A stretch of DNA of 48,569 nt from the NCBI GenBank assembly GCA_042216675.1, contig JBDGTS010000019.1, positions 1 through 48,569 on the forward strand, in the 5' to 3' direction. The notes under the pieces are model-generated. The model searched no databases. It was not told the origin of the DNA and saw only the letters and a program-made list of their open reading frames with translations. The position numbers and the translations under genes were made by a program. Of this stretch, positions 19,231-29,234 are shown in pieces; the stretch's first letter is position 1; every line of letters starts with the position of its first letter. This DNA is from Halobacteriaceae archaeon (GTDB lineage: Archaea > Halobacteriota > Halobacteria > Halobacteriales > Halobacteriaceae).

Positions 19231-20301
19231 GTGACCGCCACGTCCCATGACCGGCGTATCGCGTTCGCCGGTCACGAACTGACTGGCGCCGTCGGGGACG
19301 CCGTGACCGTCCTCCCCATCGTCGTCTCGGTGGCCGTCCTCACCGACCTCTCGCTGGCGCTGATGCTGGCGTGGTTCGGTCTCGCGCAGGTGGCGTGGGG
19401 ACTCTACTACGGGCTCCCGATGTCCGTAGAGCCCATGAAGGCCCTCGCGGCGCTAGTCATCTCGGGCGCGCTGACGGCCGAGGAGTATCTCGCCGCGGGC
19501 CTCCTCGCCGGCGTCGCGTTGCTCGTCGTCGGCGCCACGCGGGCGCTCGACCGCATCGACGCGTACGTCGGCGCCCCCGTCGTGCGCGGGATTCAACTCG
19601 GCGTCGCCCTCCTGCTGTTGGAGACCGGCGTCGGCCTCGCGGCGGCCGACCTCACCTCCGCCGCGGCAGGGACGGCCGTCGCGGCCGTCGTCTTCGCGGC
19701 CGGGTGTCGGAAGGCCAGCGGTCTCGCCGTCCTCGCCGTCGGCGGCGTCCTTGCGGCGGCGACGACCGGATTCACGCTCCCCTCGCTTCCGGCCGTCGAG
19801 GCAGGCGTGCCGCGAGGGGCGTTCTCCCCCGCAGCGGCCGAGGCCACCGTGGCGCAACTGGGGATGACCGTCGGCAACGCGGCCGTCGCCACGTCGCTGT
19901 TGGTCGGGGAGTTCTACGACCGGGACGTGTCCGCCGACGAACTGGCGACGAGCATGGGCGTGACGAACCTGCTCGCGGTCCCCTTCGGTGGCGTGCCGAT
20001 GTGCCACGGGAGCGGCGGACTCGCCGGCAAGCACGCGTTCGGGGCGCGGACCGCCGGCGCGAACCTGCTCTTGGGCGCGCTCTACGTCGCGGTGGCGGTG
20101 AGCGCCGTCGGCGTCGTGCGGGCGTTTCCGCTCCCGATGCTCGGCGTGGTGTTGGCGGTGGTCGCGGGAGAACTGGGGCGCGCGGGGCTGAACACGTCGT
20201 CGGATCCGCTCACGGCCGCGGTGGCGGCCGTGGGCGTCCTCACGAATCTCGCTGTCGCGTTCGTCGTCGGGGTCGCGGCGTGGACGGTGCTACGGCGTTA
20301 G
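19231..20301 (+). CDS. Putative molybdate/sulfate transporter (MOT1-like)
   Basis: [36 protein letters not shown] motifs. Confidence 0.85.
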   Translation: MTATSHDRRIAFAGHELTGAVGDAVTVLPIVVSVAVLTDLSLALMLAWFGLAQVAWGLYYGLPMSVEPMKALAALVISGALTAEEYLAAGLLAGVALLVVGATRALDRIDAYVGAPVVRGIQLGVALLLLETGVGLAAADLTSAAAGTAVAAVVFAAGCRKASGLAVLAVGGVLAAATTGFTLPSLPAVEAGVPRGAFSPAAAEATVAQLGMTVGNAAVATSLLVGEFYDRDVSADELATSMGVTNLLAVPFGGVPMCHGSGGLAGKHAFGARTAGANLLLGALYVAVAVSAVGVVRAFPLPMLGVVLAVVAGELGRAGLNTSSDPLTAAVAAVGVLTNLAVAFVVGVAAWTVLRR

Positions 20302-21551
20302 GGCCAGTTGCCCGACTGCTCGTAGGAGTCGAGGACGCGGTTGACGGCGACGACGTAGGCCGCCGTGCGGAAGTTCGGCAGGTCGTGCTCCTCGTAGGCG
20401 TCCACGAGCGTCCAGAACGAGTCCGTGATGATGTCCTCGAGTTCGTCGTTGACGCGCTCTTCGGACCAGTAGAAGCGCTGGCGGTTCTGGACCCACTCGA
20501 AGTAGGAGACCGTGACGCCGCCGGCGTTCGCGAGGATGTCCGGGATGACGTACACGTCACGCTCGCTCAGCACCTCGTCGGCATCCGGCGTGAGGGGGCC
20601 GTTCGCGGCCTCGGCGATGACGTCGGCCTGCACATCGTGTGCGAGGTCGCCGTCGATGGCGTTCTCCAGTGCGGCCGGGACCAGCACGTCGACGTCGAGT
20701 TTCAGGAGCTCCTCGTTGGAGATCTCGTCGGTGTCCTCGTAGCCGACGACGGAGCCGGTCTCGTTCTTGTGTTCCTTCACGTCGCGGGCGTCGAGGCCGG
20801 TAGGGTCGTGGACGCCGCCGGAGGAGTCGCTGACGGCGACGACGGTGGCGCCGAGGTCCTCCAGCAGGTAGGCGGCGATGTGGCCCGCGTTGCCGTAGCC
20901 CTGCACGGCGACGGTGGCGCCCTGCAGGTCGCGGCCGAGGTAGTCGAACATCTCGCGGACGACGAGCATCGTCGAGCGACCGGTCGCCTCGACGCGGCCC
21001 TCACTGCCGCCACTGGAGATGTCCTTGCCCGTGATGACGCCGGGCTCAGTCGTGTCCTCCAGCGTCTCGTAGGTGTCTTTGATCCAGTTCATCTCCCGCT
21101 GACCCGTGTTCACGTCGGGCGCGGGGACGTCGCGGTCCTCGCCGATGAAGGGGCGAAGTTCCTTCGCGAAGGAGCGCGTGATGCGTTCGAGTTCGGACTC
21201 GCTGTACTCGTCGGGGTCGATGGTGATGCCACCCTTGCCGCCGCCGAACGGGATACCGACGGTTGCACACTTGTACACCATCCACCCGGAGAGGGCCTTC
21301 ACCTCGTCGCGCGTGACGCCCGGGTGGTAGCGGATGCCGCCCTTGTAGGGGCCGCGGTCCCCGTTGAACTCAGAGCGGTAGGCCCGGAACACTTCGATGC
21401 TCCCGTCGTCCATCTCGACGGAGAGGTTCGTTTCGAGGATGCGCTCCGGGTTCTTCAGACGCTCCAGCACATCGTCGCCGACGTCGATGTACTCGGCGGC
21501 GTCGTCGAGTTGTTCTTGAAGGCTCTCGAATGGATTGGCTTCGTCTGCCAT
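20298..21551 (-). CDS. gdhA: Glutamate dehydrogenase
   Basis: [49 protein letters not shown]. Confidence 0.96.
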   Translation of the reverse strand: MADEANPFESLQEQLDDAAEYIDVGDDVLERLKNPERILETNLSVEMDDGSIEVFRAYRSEFNGDRGPYKGGIRYHPGVTRDEVKALSGWMVYKCATVGIPFGGGKGGITIDPDEYSESELERITRSFAKELRPFIGEDRDVPAPDVNTGQREMNWIKDTYETLEDTTEPGVITGKDISSGGSEGRVEATGRSTMLVVREMFDYLGRDLQGATVAVQGYGNAGHIAAYLLEDLGATVVAVSDSSGGVHDPTGLDARDVKEHKNETGSVVGYEDTDEISNEELLKLDVDVLVPAALENAIDGDLAHDVQADVIAEAANGPLTPDADEVLSERDVYVIPDILANAGGVTVSYFEWVQNRQRFYWSEERVNDELEDIITDSFWTLVDAYEEHDLPNFRTAAYVVAVNRVLDSYEQSGNWP

Positions 21552-21589
21552 TATCAGACTACGGCGGCGATAGGTGCAAAAACGCGCCG

Positions 21590-21643
21590 CTTTTCGTATT
21601 AATATGGTTATATCTCATATAAGGAATTCATATTATACATATG
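21590..21643. promoter_or_regulatory. AT-rich regulatory region upstream of gdhA
   Basis: Strongly AT-rich island with repeated CATAT/ATATG motifs. Confidence 0.55.
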
Positions 21644-22189
21644 CTACTCCTCGAAGTCGCGGGCGGCGCCCTTCCACGCCCGGACCCGGTGAGGGTCGAG
21701 CCCAAGCACGCGGGCCACCCGTTCGGCGTCGGCCTTGGCGAGCGTCCGGACCGAGGTGACGCCCGCCTCGGCGAGTCGGGTCGCGTCCTCGCTCGACACC
21801 TCGTCGAGTACCGTCACGGGGTTCGGTGCGCTCTCCTCGCGCCACGTCGACTCGTCGGAGCGCCAGTCTTCCCCCCGTTCGGTGTCCACGTCGTGATTCT
21901 CCCAGTCTCCCGAACTCGCGGCCACCCAGTCTCGCTCCGCGTCCCCGAGGCCGCCGACGCTCTTCGCACGGTGTGAGAGGTCCCCGCCGGCGGTGTGGCT
22001 CCACGCCAACGAGTGCTCCCGGCGGATGCGCGCCGCGACGCCCGGGTTCACGCCCGCGTCCTTGAGCGACTCGTGGTCGACCCGTCTCTCCTCGATGTCC
22101 GCCGACGAGATGCCCGCGGCCCGGAGTGCCGCCGCCGTCGCCGGGCCCACGAAGCGGAGGTCAGTCAGGTCCGTGTCGGCGTCAGCCAT
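21644..22189 (-). CDS. Helix-hairpin-helix domain protein
   Basis: LTDLRFVGPATAAAL at the N-terminus and a second HhH-like unit (RLAEAGVTSVRTLA) at the C-terminus. Confidence 0.75.
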   Translation of the reverse strand: MADADTDLTDLRFVGPATAAALRAAGISSADIEERRVDHESLKDAGVNPGVAARIRREHSLAWSHTAGGDLSHRAKSVGGLGDAERDWVAASSGDWENHDVDTERGEDWRSDESTWREESAPNPVTVLDEVSSEDATRLAEAGVTSVRTLAKADAERVARVLGLDPHRVRAWKGAARDFEE

Positions 22190-22264
22190 GCCGCCTAAAT
22201 GTTCGGTAGGCGGCGTTTGAATCTTTCCACCGTCTTTTGTAGCCGGGCCGCGTAGGCCAGCGCG

Positions 22265-22531
22265 ATGTCCGACTCCGACGCCGACGTGACGGCCGACTAC
22301 CGGGAGACGCCCGAGGAACGTCGCCTCGTCTTCGAACGCGACGGTCGCGTCGCCACGGTGGCACAGAACCGCGAGGGGTACGCGATGCTGAAGGTGCGCA
22401 GAGACCCCGACGGCGACGAACTGGAGCGCTACTACGGCTTCGACATGGCACTGGATCACGCGGCCGAACTGCTCGCCGTCGGGGTCGGTGACCTGCCGAT
22501 TCCCGACGCCGCTTCCGACATGGGGATGTAG
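22265..22531 (+). CDS. Small conserved hypothetical protein (DUF7111-like)
   Basis: AQNREGYAMLKVR, ELERYYGFDMALDHAAE. Confidence 0.75.
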   Translation: MSDSDADVTADYRETPEERRLVFERDGRVATVAQNREGYAMLKVRRDPDGDELERYYGFDMALDHAAELLAVGVGDLPIPDAASDMGM

Positions 22532-23452
22532 TCAGGCGTCCGGCAGGGCCGTCTCGATGGCGTCGAGGAATCGCTCGGGGTGCTCGTGGTGGGGGAGCAG
22601 TCGCGCGTCGTCGACGACGACGAGGCGTGCGTCGATCTGCTCGGCCAGCGTCCGCCCCGTCGCCAGCGGCGTCGTCGTGGCCTCGCGGCCCCACACCAGC
22701 GTCACCGGGACGTCAGCATCGCCGAGAGACTCGGGCAGTGACGCCGACGGCGTGAGGTAGCCGCCGATGAACGACGCCGGGGCGTAGCGCGCACCCGACT
22801 GGTGGGCCGTCCGCCACTGGTAGTCCACCGTCGCCGGGTCCGCGCCGCGGGAGTACGCCTCTTTCTCGTCGAAGTATTCGAGCGAGGGCTGACTCACGAG
22901 GGCGTTGAACAGGCCCTGTCCGACGACGGGCGCGCGGAACAGGCCCCGAAGCCAGCGTCGCCGCGGGCCGGCGTCGTCGGTGGGACAGACCAGAATCAGC
23001 CGCGAGAAGCCCGCTTCCTCGATGGCACTGGCCGCGTACGCGCCGGTGAGCGACGTGGCGATGCACGTCGCGTCCTCGGTGTGTTCGGCCGCGAAGTCGG
23101 CGACGAACTCCCGGTACAGCCCCGCGGTGTAGGTGACCGGCGGCCGGTCGGTGCGACCGAAGCCGGGGAGGTCCGGCGCGACGACGTGGTGGTTCTCGGC
23201 TAGTGACTCGAAAATCGCGTCGAACTCTTGGCTCGTCGCGGCGGCGTGGAGGCCGTGGAGGAGAAGCACGTCCGGGTCGTCGGGGTCGCCGGCCGTCGCG
23301 TACGCCACCTCGAACCCGCGCCAGCGGTCGGTGTGTTGGTCGCCGACGAGGGCCGGCGGGAGGGGGCCGGCGCGGTCAGCGAGCAGGCGGTTTCCGACTG
23401 CGGTGGCACCCAGTCCGGCGGCGGCGCCGAGGAGGGCGGTCCGGAGTTTCAT
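22532..23452 (-). CDS. Alpha/beta fold hydrolase
   Basis: LLLHG, APDLPGFG, ATSLTG nucleophile elbow, LVWG, PHHEHP. Confidence 0.88.
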   Translation of the reverse strand: MKLRTALLGAAAGLGATAVGNRLLADRAGPLPPALVGDQHTDRWRGFEVAYATAGDPDDPDVLLLHGLHAAATSQEFDAIFESLAENHHVVAPDLPGFGRTDRPPVTYTAGLYREFVADFAAEHTEDATCIATSLTGAYAASAIEEAGFSRLILVCPTDDAGPRRRWLRGLFRAPVVGQGLFNALVSQPSLEYFDEKEAYSRGADPATVDYQWRTAHQSGARYAPASFIGGYLTPSASLPESLGDADVPVTLVWGREATTTPLATGRTLAEQIDARLVVVDDARLLPHHEHPERFLDAIETALPDA

Positions 23453-23532
23453 GCCGGCGCTTCGGTGGCCACCGGCTTATGGTTGTCTCCCGGAACCGAA
23501 AGCGGGTAGGGCCGGGCCGCCACATCTCCACT

Positions 23533-24213
23533 ATGACCACATTCGACGCCACTCGCGACTGGGTGCGGTCCCACCCGCGTCGCGCGACAGCCGGTCTGAG
23601 CGTCCTCGGCTACGTGCTCGTCGGCGCCATCTTCGCCGGAGTCCGACTGCCACCCCTCGACGAGTCGACGGTCCTCCTGTTCGGGGACCTCATCGCCGTC
23701 ATCAACACCTGCGCGCTCACCGCCATCGTCGCTGGCGTCGCCTTCATCGAGCGCGGTGACGTGCGCCGCCACCGCGCGGCGATGCTCACGGCGTTCGCGC
23801 TCATCCTCCTCTTTCTGTTCTTCTACCTCTGGAAAGTGGGCGGCGGCTTCACGAAGGAGTTCGTGGTGCCCGCGGGCGCGCCCCTCGCGAACTACGCTGG
23901 CGTCATCACCGGCGCCTACTTCGTCATGCTCGCCATCCACATCATCCTCTCCGTCGTCGCCGTCCCCGTCGTCCTCCACGCCGTCGTCCTCGGGTTGACG
24001 CACTCGCCGGCGGAACTTCCGGACACCGAACACCCCCGCGTCGGGCGCATCGCCGTCGCGGCGTGGGGGCTCTCGCTGTTCCTCGGCGTCGTCACGTATC
24101 TCCTTTTGAACCACGTCTACGGCTGGGAGCGCGCCGCCTCGGCGCTGTTCCTCGTCGCCTCACTCCGTCCACGGCAGGAGCGCGGCGCCGAGGAGGAACG
24201 CGACGGCCGCTAA
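23533..24213 (+). CDS. DUF420 family membrane protein
   Basis: HRAAMLTAF, LAIHIILS, HPRVGR, LGVVTY. Confidence 0.85.
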   Translation: MTTFDATRDWVRSHPRRATAGLSVLGYVLVGAIFAGVRLPPLDESTVLLFGDLIAVINTCALTAIVAGVAFIERGDVRRHRAAMLTAFALILLFLFFYLWKVGGGFTKEFVVPAGAPLANYAGVITGAYFVMLAIHIILSVVAVPVVLHAVVLGLTHSPAELPDTEHPRVGRIAVAAWGLSLFLGVVTYLLLNHVYGWERAASALFLVASLRPRQERGAEEERDGR

Positions 24214-24906
24214 GCCGGCGACGACGGCCAGATTCGGCCACACAGCGCCGTCGCCGTACGTCGCCGCCCGGACGCCGCGCGCGAAGTACGTCAGCGGGGA
24301 GAGCGCGACGACGGGGCCGAACCAGTCGGGGAGCATCGCCGGCGGCACGAACGTCTCCGAGAGGAAGAGCAGGGGGAAGCCGACGGTGTTGCTCACCGCG
24401 ATGACGCCGTCCTGTGACCCGGCGAGGCGGCCGATGGCCGCGCCGACGCCGCAGAACAGCACGACGCCCGCGACGACGAACAGGGCCACGACGGGCGCCG
24501 GACGGACCTGCGCGTCGGTGACGAGGACCAACAGCCCCAACAGCAGGACGCTCGCGAGACCGATGATGGCGGCGTTCACGGCCGTCTGGGCCGCGAGCCA
24601 CTCGCGTCGGGTGAGTGGCGTCGTCGCCAACTTCTCGAAGCGGCGGTCGCTCCGGTGGCGCGCGACGGTGCTCCCCACGCGCGAGAGCGGCGTCAACAGC
24701 ACCACCACGGCGAGGTAGCCCGGGACGTAGTAGCCCGCCGGTTCCGCGAACAGGCCGCCGCCCGTCCGCTGTGTCTGGACGAGGGCGCCGAAGATGAGGA
24801 TGATGAGCGCCGGGAAGAGGAACGTGAAGAACACGGCGGTGCGCCGCCGCACGAACGCCCGCCACCCGGCGCTCGTCTCCGCGCGGACGCGGCCGAGGCG
24901 GCTCAC
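24160..24906 (-). CDS. ABC-2 type transporter permease
   Basis: Six TM segments; FFTFLFP, YYVPGY, TTPL, SPLTY; GTGA overlap with the ATPase gene. Confidence 0.88.
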   Translation of the reverse strand: MSRLGRVRAETSAGWRAFVRRRTAVFFTFLFPALIILIFGALVQTQRTGGGLFAEPAGYYVPGYLAVVVLLTPLSRVGSTVARHRSDRRFEKLATTPLTRREWLAAQTAVNAAIIGLASVLLLGLLVLVTDAQVRPAPVVALFVVAGVVLFCGVGAAIGRLAGSQDGVIAVSNTVGFPLLFLSETFVPPAMLPDWFGPVVALSPLTYFARGVRAATYGDGAVWPNLAVVAGLAAVAFLLGAALLPWTE

Positions 24907-25796
24907 GCCACCACCTCGCTCACGTCGGCGCCGGTCAGTTCGAGGTACACGTCCTCCAGTCCGGGTTCGCGCCACGTCAGTTCGGCCACGTTCGCGCCCG
25001 TCGCCTCGATGGCGTCGACGACGGTCCCGATTTCGGCGGGCGTGACGCCCACCACGACGACGCCGTGGTCCGTGTCCCGCGCCTCGACGGCAGTCAGGTC
25101 GGCGGCGTCCGCGTCCGTCTCGACGTAGAGGCGGCGCTCGCCGGCGTACTCGTTCACGAGGTCACCCGGCGTGCCGACGGCGGCTACGTCGCCGGCGGCG
25201 AGGAGTGCCACCCGGTCGGCCAGCGTCTCCGCCTCGGCCATGTCGTGCGTGGTGAGTAGTACCGTCGTCCCGCGGTCCACGAGGCGCCCGACGACGCGGC
25301 GCACGGCGCGCCGGCCCGCCGGGTCGATGCCCGTCGTCGGCTCGTCGAGGAACAACACGTCCGGGTCGTTCACGACGGCCGCGGCGACACAGACGCGGCG
25401 TTTCTGTCCGCCCGAGAGCGCCTCGTAGCGCGTCGCCCTGTCGTCGAGGCCCACGTCGTCCAGCACCGCGTCGGGGTCCCGCGCGTCGTCGTAGAGGCCC
25501 GCGTAGTACGCGACGAGTTCCCGGCCGGTCAGGCGCGCGGCGGGCGCGAAGGACTGCGGGAGGAGGCCGACCCGTTCGGCCGAGACGCCGGCGGGTGTCT
25601 CCCCCAGCACCGCCACCCGGCCCGAGTCGGGGCGGGCCGTGCCGGTGAGACAGCGCACGAGCGTGGTCTTGCCGGCGCCGTTCGGGCCGATGAGGCCGAA
25701 CACCTCCCCCTCGGCCACCGAGAGGTCTACCCCGTCGAGCGCAACGGTGTCGCCGTAGGCCTTTCTGACCCCTTCGGCGACGACTGCGGGTGTCAT
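24903..25796 (-). CDS. ABC transporter ATP-binding protein
   Basis: GPNGAGKTT, LSGGQ, LFLDEPTTG, TTH. Confidence 0.93.
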   Translation of the reverse strand: MTPAVVAEGVRKAYGDTVALDGVDLSVAEGEVFGLIGPNGAGKTTLVRCLTGTARPDSGRVAVLGETPAGVSAERVGLLPQSFAPAARLTGRELVAYYAGLYDDARDPDAVLDDVGLDDRATRYEALSGGQKRRVCVAAAVVNDPDVLFLDEPTTGIDPAGRRAVRRVVGRLVDRGTTVLLTTHDMAEAETLADRVALLAAGDVAAVGTPGDLVNEYAGERRLYVETDADAADLTAVEARDTDHGVVVVGVTPAEIGTVVDAIEATGANVAELTWREPGLEDVYLELTGADVSEVVA

Positions 25797-25834
25797 ACGT
25801 GATACTCCGAACGGCCCGCGGTAAGTTCGTCGGT

Positions 25835-26527
25835 TCAGTCCGCGCCGGGCCGCCACACGAGCAGTGCGACGGCGCTCAGAAACACGAGCGTCGAGACGCG
25901 GTACGGCTGTTGGGTCGCCGCGGCGGCCACGACGGACCCGCTCCCGAAGATGGCGGCGACGAACGACCCCAGCACCGGCCACGTGCAACTCACGCAGGCA
26001 AAGAGGCCGACGACGCCCGTGACGGCGCGCGTTGCGGCGTCGAGGAGCGTCGCGTAGACGAGATACGCCAGCGCCGCGTAGCCGACGACCTTGAACGGGA
26101 ACAGCATCGCCTGATAGCCCGCCCACGACACGTCGAGGAGCGGCCCCCATCCCGGCGGCAGAATCCAGTGGACGTCCACCGTCGGGAGCATCGTCACGGC
26201 GTGGGTGTGCCCCCCACTGATGACGTGGCTGTGCGAGGCGCCGAAGACGCCACCCGCCCAGCCCAGCACCACGAAGTAGGCGGCGCCGACGGCCATCGCG
26301 GCGAGACGCGTGCGCCTCGGCGCGTCGGGGGCATCGACCTGCAGGACCGCCCACGCGCCGACGTTGATCCAGACGAACGGCACCGCGACCAGTACCGGGT
26401 CCACGTCGCTCACCGGCGCGGTGGCGAGGTACGCCAGCACCGCCGCGAGTTCCGTGTTCAGGACGAGTGCCCACAGGAGCGCCGTCGACCGGTCGGGTCG
26501 GAAGCGCGTGAGCGTCGCAGTGCTCAT
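25835..26527 (-). CDS. Membrane protein with CxxC motif, co-transcribed with ctaB
   Basis: ATGA overlap; PFVWIN, LPPGWGP, FACVSCTWP. Confidence 0.78.
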   Translation of the reverse strand: MSTATLTRFRPDRSTALLWALVLNTELAAVLAYLATAPVSDVDPVLVAVPFVWINVGAWAVLQVDAPDAPRRTRLAAMAVGAAYFVVLGWAGGVFGASHSHVISGGHTHAVTMLPTVDVHWILPPGWGPLLDVSWAGYQAMLFPFKVVGYAALAYLVYATLLDAATRAVTGVVGLFACVSCTWPVLGSFVAAIFGSGSVVAAAATQQPYRVSTLVFLSAVALLVWRPGAD

Positions 26528-27891
26528 AGCAGGAGCGCGTCGAACACCACGGCGACGAGCAGGGTGCCGAGGTAGGCGTTCGAGGCGTGGAACGCCCGGA
26601 GCGCCGCGCTCCGGGTCCGCTCGCGGTGCAGGCGCATGACCGCCCAGAGGAACACGGCGCCGAAGACGGCGCTCGTCCCGGCGTACAGCGGTCCCAGCGC
26701 CGTGACGGCGGTGAGGGCAGTCGCGGCGACGAGCGTCGCGCCCAGCCACAGCACGATGTGCTTGCGCGTCGTCGTCGCGCCGCGCACGACGGGCATCATC
26801 GGGAACCCCCCGGAGGCGTAGTCGTCGCGGTAGGCCAGCGCGAGGTTGTAGAAGTGCGCCGGCGTCCAGACGAAGATGACGCCCGCGAGCGCCAGCGCCG
26901 GCACGCCGATGGTTTCGGTGACGGCGGCCCACCCGATGAGCGCCGGAAGCGATCCCGCGAAGCCGCCGATGACCGTATTTTGGACGGTGTTGGGCTTCAA
27001 CAGGAGCGTGTACACGACGCTGTAGTAGATAATCGCGACGAAACCCAGCGCCGCCGCGAGCGCGTTCACCTGCCAGAGGACGGCGACGCTCGACGCCGCC
27101 AGCGCCACGCCGAAGGCGAAGGCGTTCCGGGCGGGCACCTGCTGTTCCGCGACCGGCCGGTCGGCGGTGCGGTTCATCTTGCGGTCCTTCTCGCGTTCGA
27201 GGACGTTGTTGAACGTCCCGCTGGCCCCGATGGCGAGGACGCCGCCCCCGAGCGTCAGCGCGACGGTGCGCGGCGAGAGCGACGGCCCGGCGGCCAGCGC
27301 CATCCCGGCGCCGGCGACCAGACACAGCAGCCACATCAGGCGGGGCTTGGTGAGGCGGAGATACGCCCGAACGGTGGCGAACGGCCCCGTCGCGGGCGCC
27401 GGGTCCTCCGGCGGGTCCGCGCGGCGTGGCTCGTCGCTCGGTTCCTCGGCGGGCGTCTGTTCCTCCAGCGTCCACGCGAGGGCGACCACGAGGGCGCCGA
27501 AGATGCCGACGGCGACGAGGAGATGCAGCGGCGACGCGACGGCCCCTTGCGTGGTGGCCGTCACCGCGCCGATACCGATCTGCGCGGGGTAGAGCGCCAG
27601 CGCAATCGCCGTCGCGGCCCGGACGCGCCGGGACGCGTCGCCGCGCCACGCCGCCACGGCGGTGGCGAGAACGAGCACCCCGACGACGAGCGCCGCGGCC
27701 CGGTGGCCGAGCGCGATTGCCACGTCGGTACTCCGGGGCGGGAACGCCGTTGCGCCACACCCCGGCCACGACGAACACGAGCGCGTCGCGTCCGCGATTG
27801 CGGTGGTCGCGCCCGCGAGTACGAGTACGTACACGCCCACCGTCGTGAGAGCGAGCAGGTCGGTGAACCGCTCGGAGATGCTGTCGTCCAC
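26524..27891 (-). CDS. ctaB: Heme o synthase (protoheme IX farnesyltransferase) with N-terminal CtaA-like domain
   Basis: LTKPR, DRKMNRTADRP, WTPAHF, DDYASGGFPM; the N-terminal part carries CSSWPGC and GHR. Confidence 0.92.
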   Translation of the reverse strand: MDDSISERFTDLLALTTVGVYVLVLAGATTAIADATRSCSSWPGCGATAFPPRSTDVAIALGHRAAALVVGVLVLATAVAAWRGDASRRVRAATAIALALYPAQIGIGAVTATTQGAVASPLHLLVAVGIFGALVVALAWTLEEQTPAEEPSDEPRRADPPEDPAPATGPFATVRAYLRLTKPRLMWLLCLVAGAGMALAAGPSLSPRTVALTLGGGVLAIGASGTFNNVLEREKDRKMNRTADRPVAEQQVPARNAFAFGVALAASSVAVLWQVNALAAALGFVAIIYYSVVYTLLLKPNTVQNTVIGGFAGSLPALIGWAAVTETIGVPALALAGVIFVWTPAHFYNLALAYRDDYASGGFPMMPVVRGATTTRKHIVLWLGATLVAATALTAVTALGPLYAGTSAVFGAVFLWAVMRLHRERTRSAALRAFHASNAYLGTLLVAVVFDALLL

Positions 27892-28019
27892 GTGTGACCC
27901 CTTTTCCGAGGCTTAGGAAGGGGGCTACTTATCCTCCCCGACTCTTTCCGAGGCGCGGGAACCGCTCGGTGACACCGCAAGTCAGCAGGTATATGTGGGT
28001 CAGGTCCAAACACCCGTCT

Positions 28020-28745
28020 ATGCAATGGAAGCGGTCGCTCGGTCCGCTCTCCGTCGCCGTCGTGGCCCTCGTCGCCGTCGCGACTTCGCCCGCGGCGGCA
28101 CAGAGCACGTCGTCTGTGACGGAGAAGTTGATCTGGGGCGTCAACAACAATCTCCTCGCGGTGGCCATCCCCATCACGGTACTCGTCGAGGGGATTCTCT
28201 TCTATACGGTCTGGAAGTTCCGCAACTCCGACGAGGCGAAGCCGACGCAGGAGAACCGCCGCCTCGAAGTGACCTGGACAATCACGACGGCGCTCGTCTT
28301 GCTGTTCGTCGGCGTCACCGCCTACGGCGCGATGGCCAGCGACGACGTCATCACCACGCAGGAGGACGCACAGGAGGCCATCGAGAGCGGCAACCCCGCT
28401 GTCGTCGAGGTCGACGCCTACCAGTGGGGCTGGCAGTTCAACTACGATGACGGCCCGCAGGAGGCGTCCACCCTCGTTCTGCCCACCGACCGCACCGTGG
28501 TGTTAGAGCTCTCCTCGCGGAACGTCATCCACTCGTTCCACGCGCCCGAACTCGGTCTGAAGAAGGACTCGTTCCCCGGGCAAAAGACGTACATCAAGAC
28601 GACCCTCACCGAGGAGGGCACCTACACGCTCTACTGTGCCGAGTTCTGCGGTGCGGGCCACTCCGGGATGCTCGCCACCATCGAAGTCGTGGACCAGGAG
28701 ACGTACAACCAGTGGCTTCAGGACCCCGAGAACACCACCCTCTGA
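28020..28745 (+). CDS. coxB: Heme-copper oxidase subunit II
   Basis: LEVTWT, YQWGWQF, CuA ligands VIHSF and CAEFCGAGHSGM; TATATG box at about -30. Confidence 0.94.
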   Translation: MQWKRSLGPLSVAVVALVAVATSPAAAQSTSSVTEKLIWGVNNNLLAVAIPITVLVEGILFYTVWKFRNSDEAKPTQENRRLEVTWTITTALVLLFVGVTAYGAMASDDVITTQEDAQEAIESGNPAVVEVDAYQWGWQFNYDDGPQEASTLVLPTDRTVVLELSSRNVIHSFHAPELGLKKDSFPGQKTYIKTTLTEEGTYTLYCAEFCGAGHSGMLATIEVVDQETYNQWLQDPENTTL

Positions 28746-28791
28746 CGGTTCGGCGCACTAACTTTTTCCATCGGCCACTCTTTCCGGAGGC

Positions 28792-29225
28792 GTGCCCTCG
28801 CGCCCCTCACTCGCCCGCTGACTCCTCGACGTCGCAGGTATGGCGCTCCTCACGGGTCCGCTCTCGTCCGCCATCGCTGCCCTGTCGTGACACCTCGAAC
28901 AGATGCTCCCCGGCACGGCGGACGGCGACGCGTCGGCGCTCGTCCTCGTGACGGTCCTCGCGGTCACCGCAGTCGGTCTCGCGTTCCTCCGCGGCGTCGA
29001 GGATGCCGTCGTGGCGGCCGTGGCGACGTGTCTCGCCGTCGGCTTTCTGTTCCTCGCCGTCTACGCGTGGCCGGTCGAGACGCCCTGTGACGACACGCTG
29101 GCAGCGATGTGCGCGCCGACGCCGTGGTGGCGCGCGTCGAGACTTTCGTCGCCGCGTACGTCTGCGACGCCGCGGGCCTCCTCGCGGGCGCGGCGTCGTC
29201 ACTCGGAGTCGGACGAAAACGGTGA
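28792..29225 (+). pseudogene. Decayed membrane-protein gene
   Basis: One reading frame with TGA at 28819 and 28888, then two TM segments, then an apparent frameshift near 29133 into another hydrophobic frame ending at TGA 29225. Confidence 0.45.
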
Positions 29226-29234
29226 GAACCGCGC

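Noticed and set aside
24160-24213. 54-nt convergent overlap of the DUF420 gene and ABC permease as an antisense system
   Set aside because: Most simply a non-conserved C-terminal extension after loss of a stop codon; nothing else supports regulation.
28819-28890. In-frame TGA codons as selenocysteine or recoding
   Set aside because: No redox motif context, an accompanying frameshift, and no Sec machinery in view; decay is the simpler explanation.
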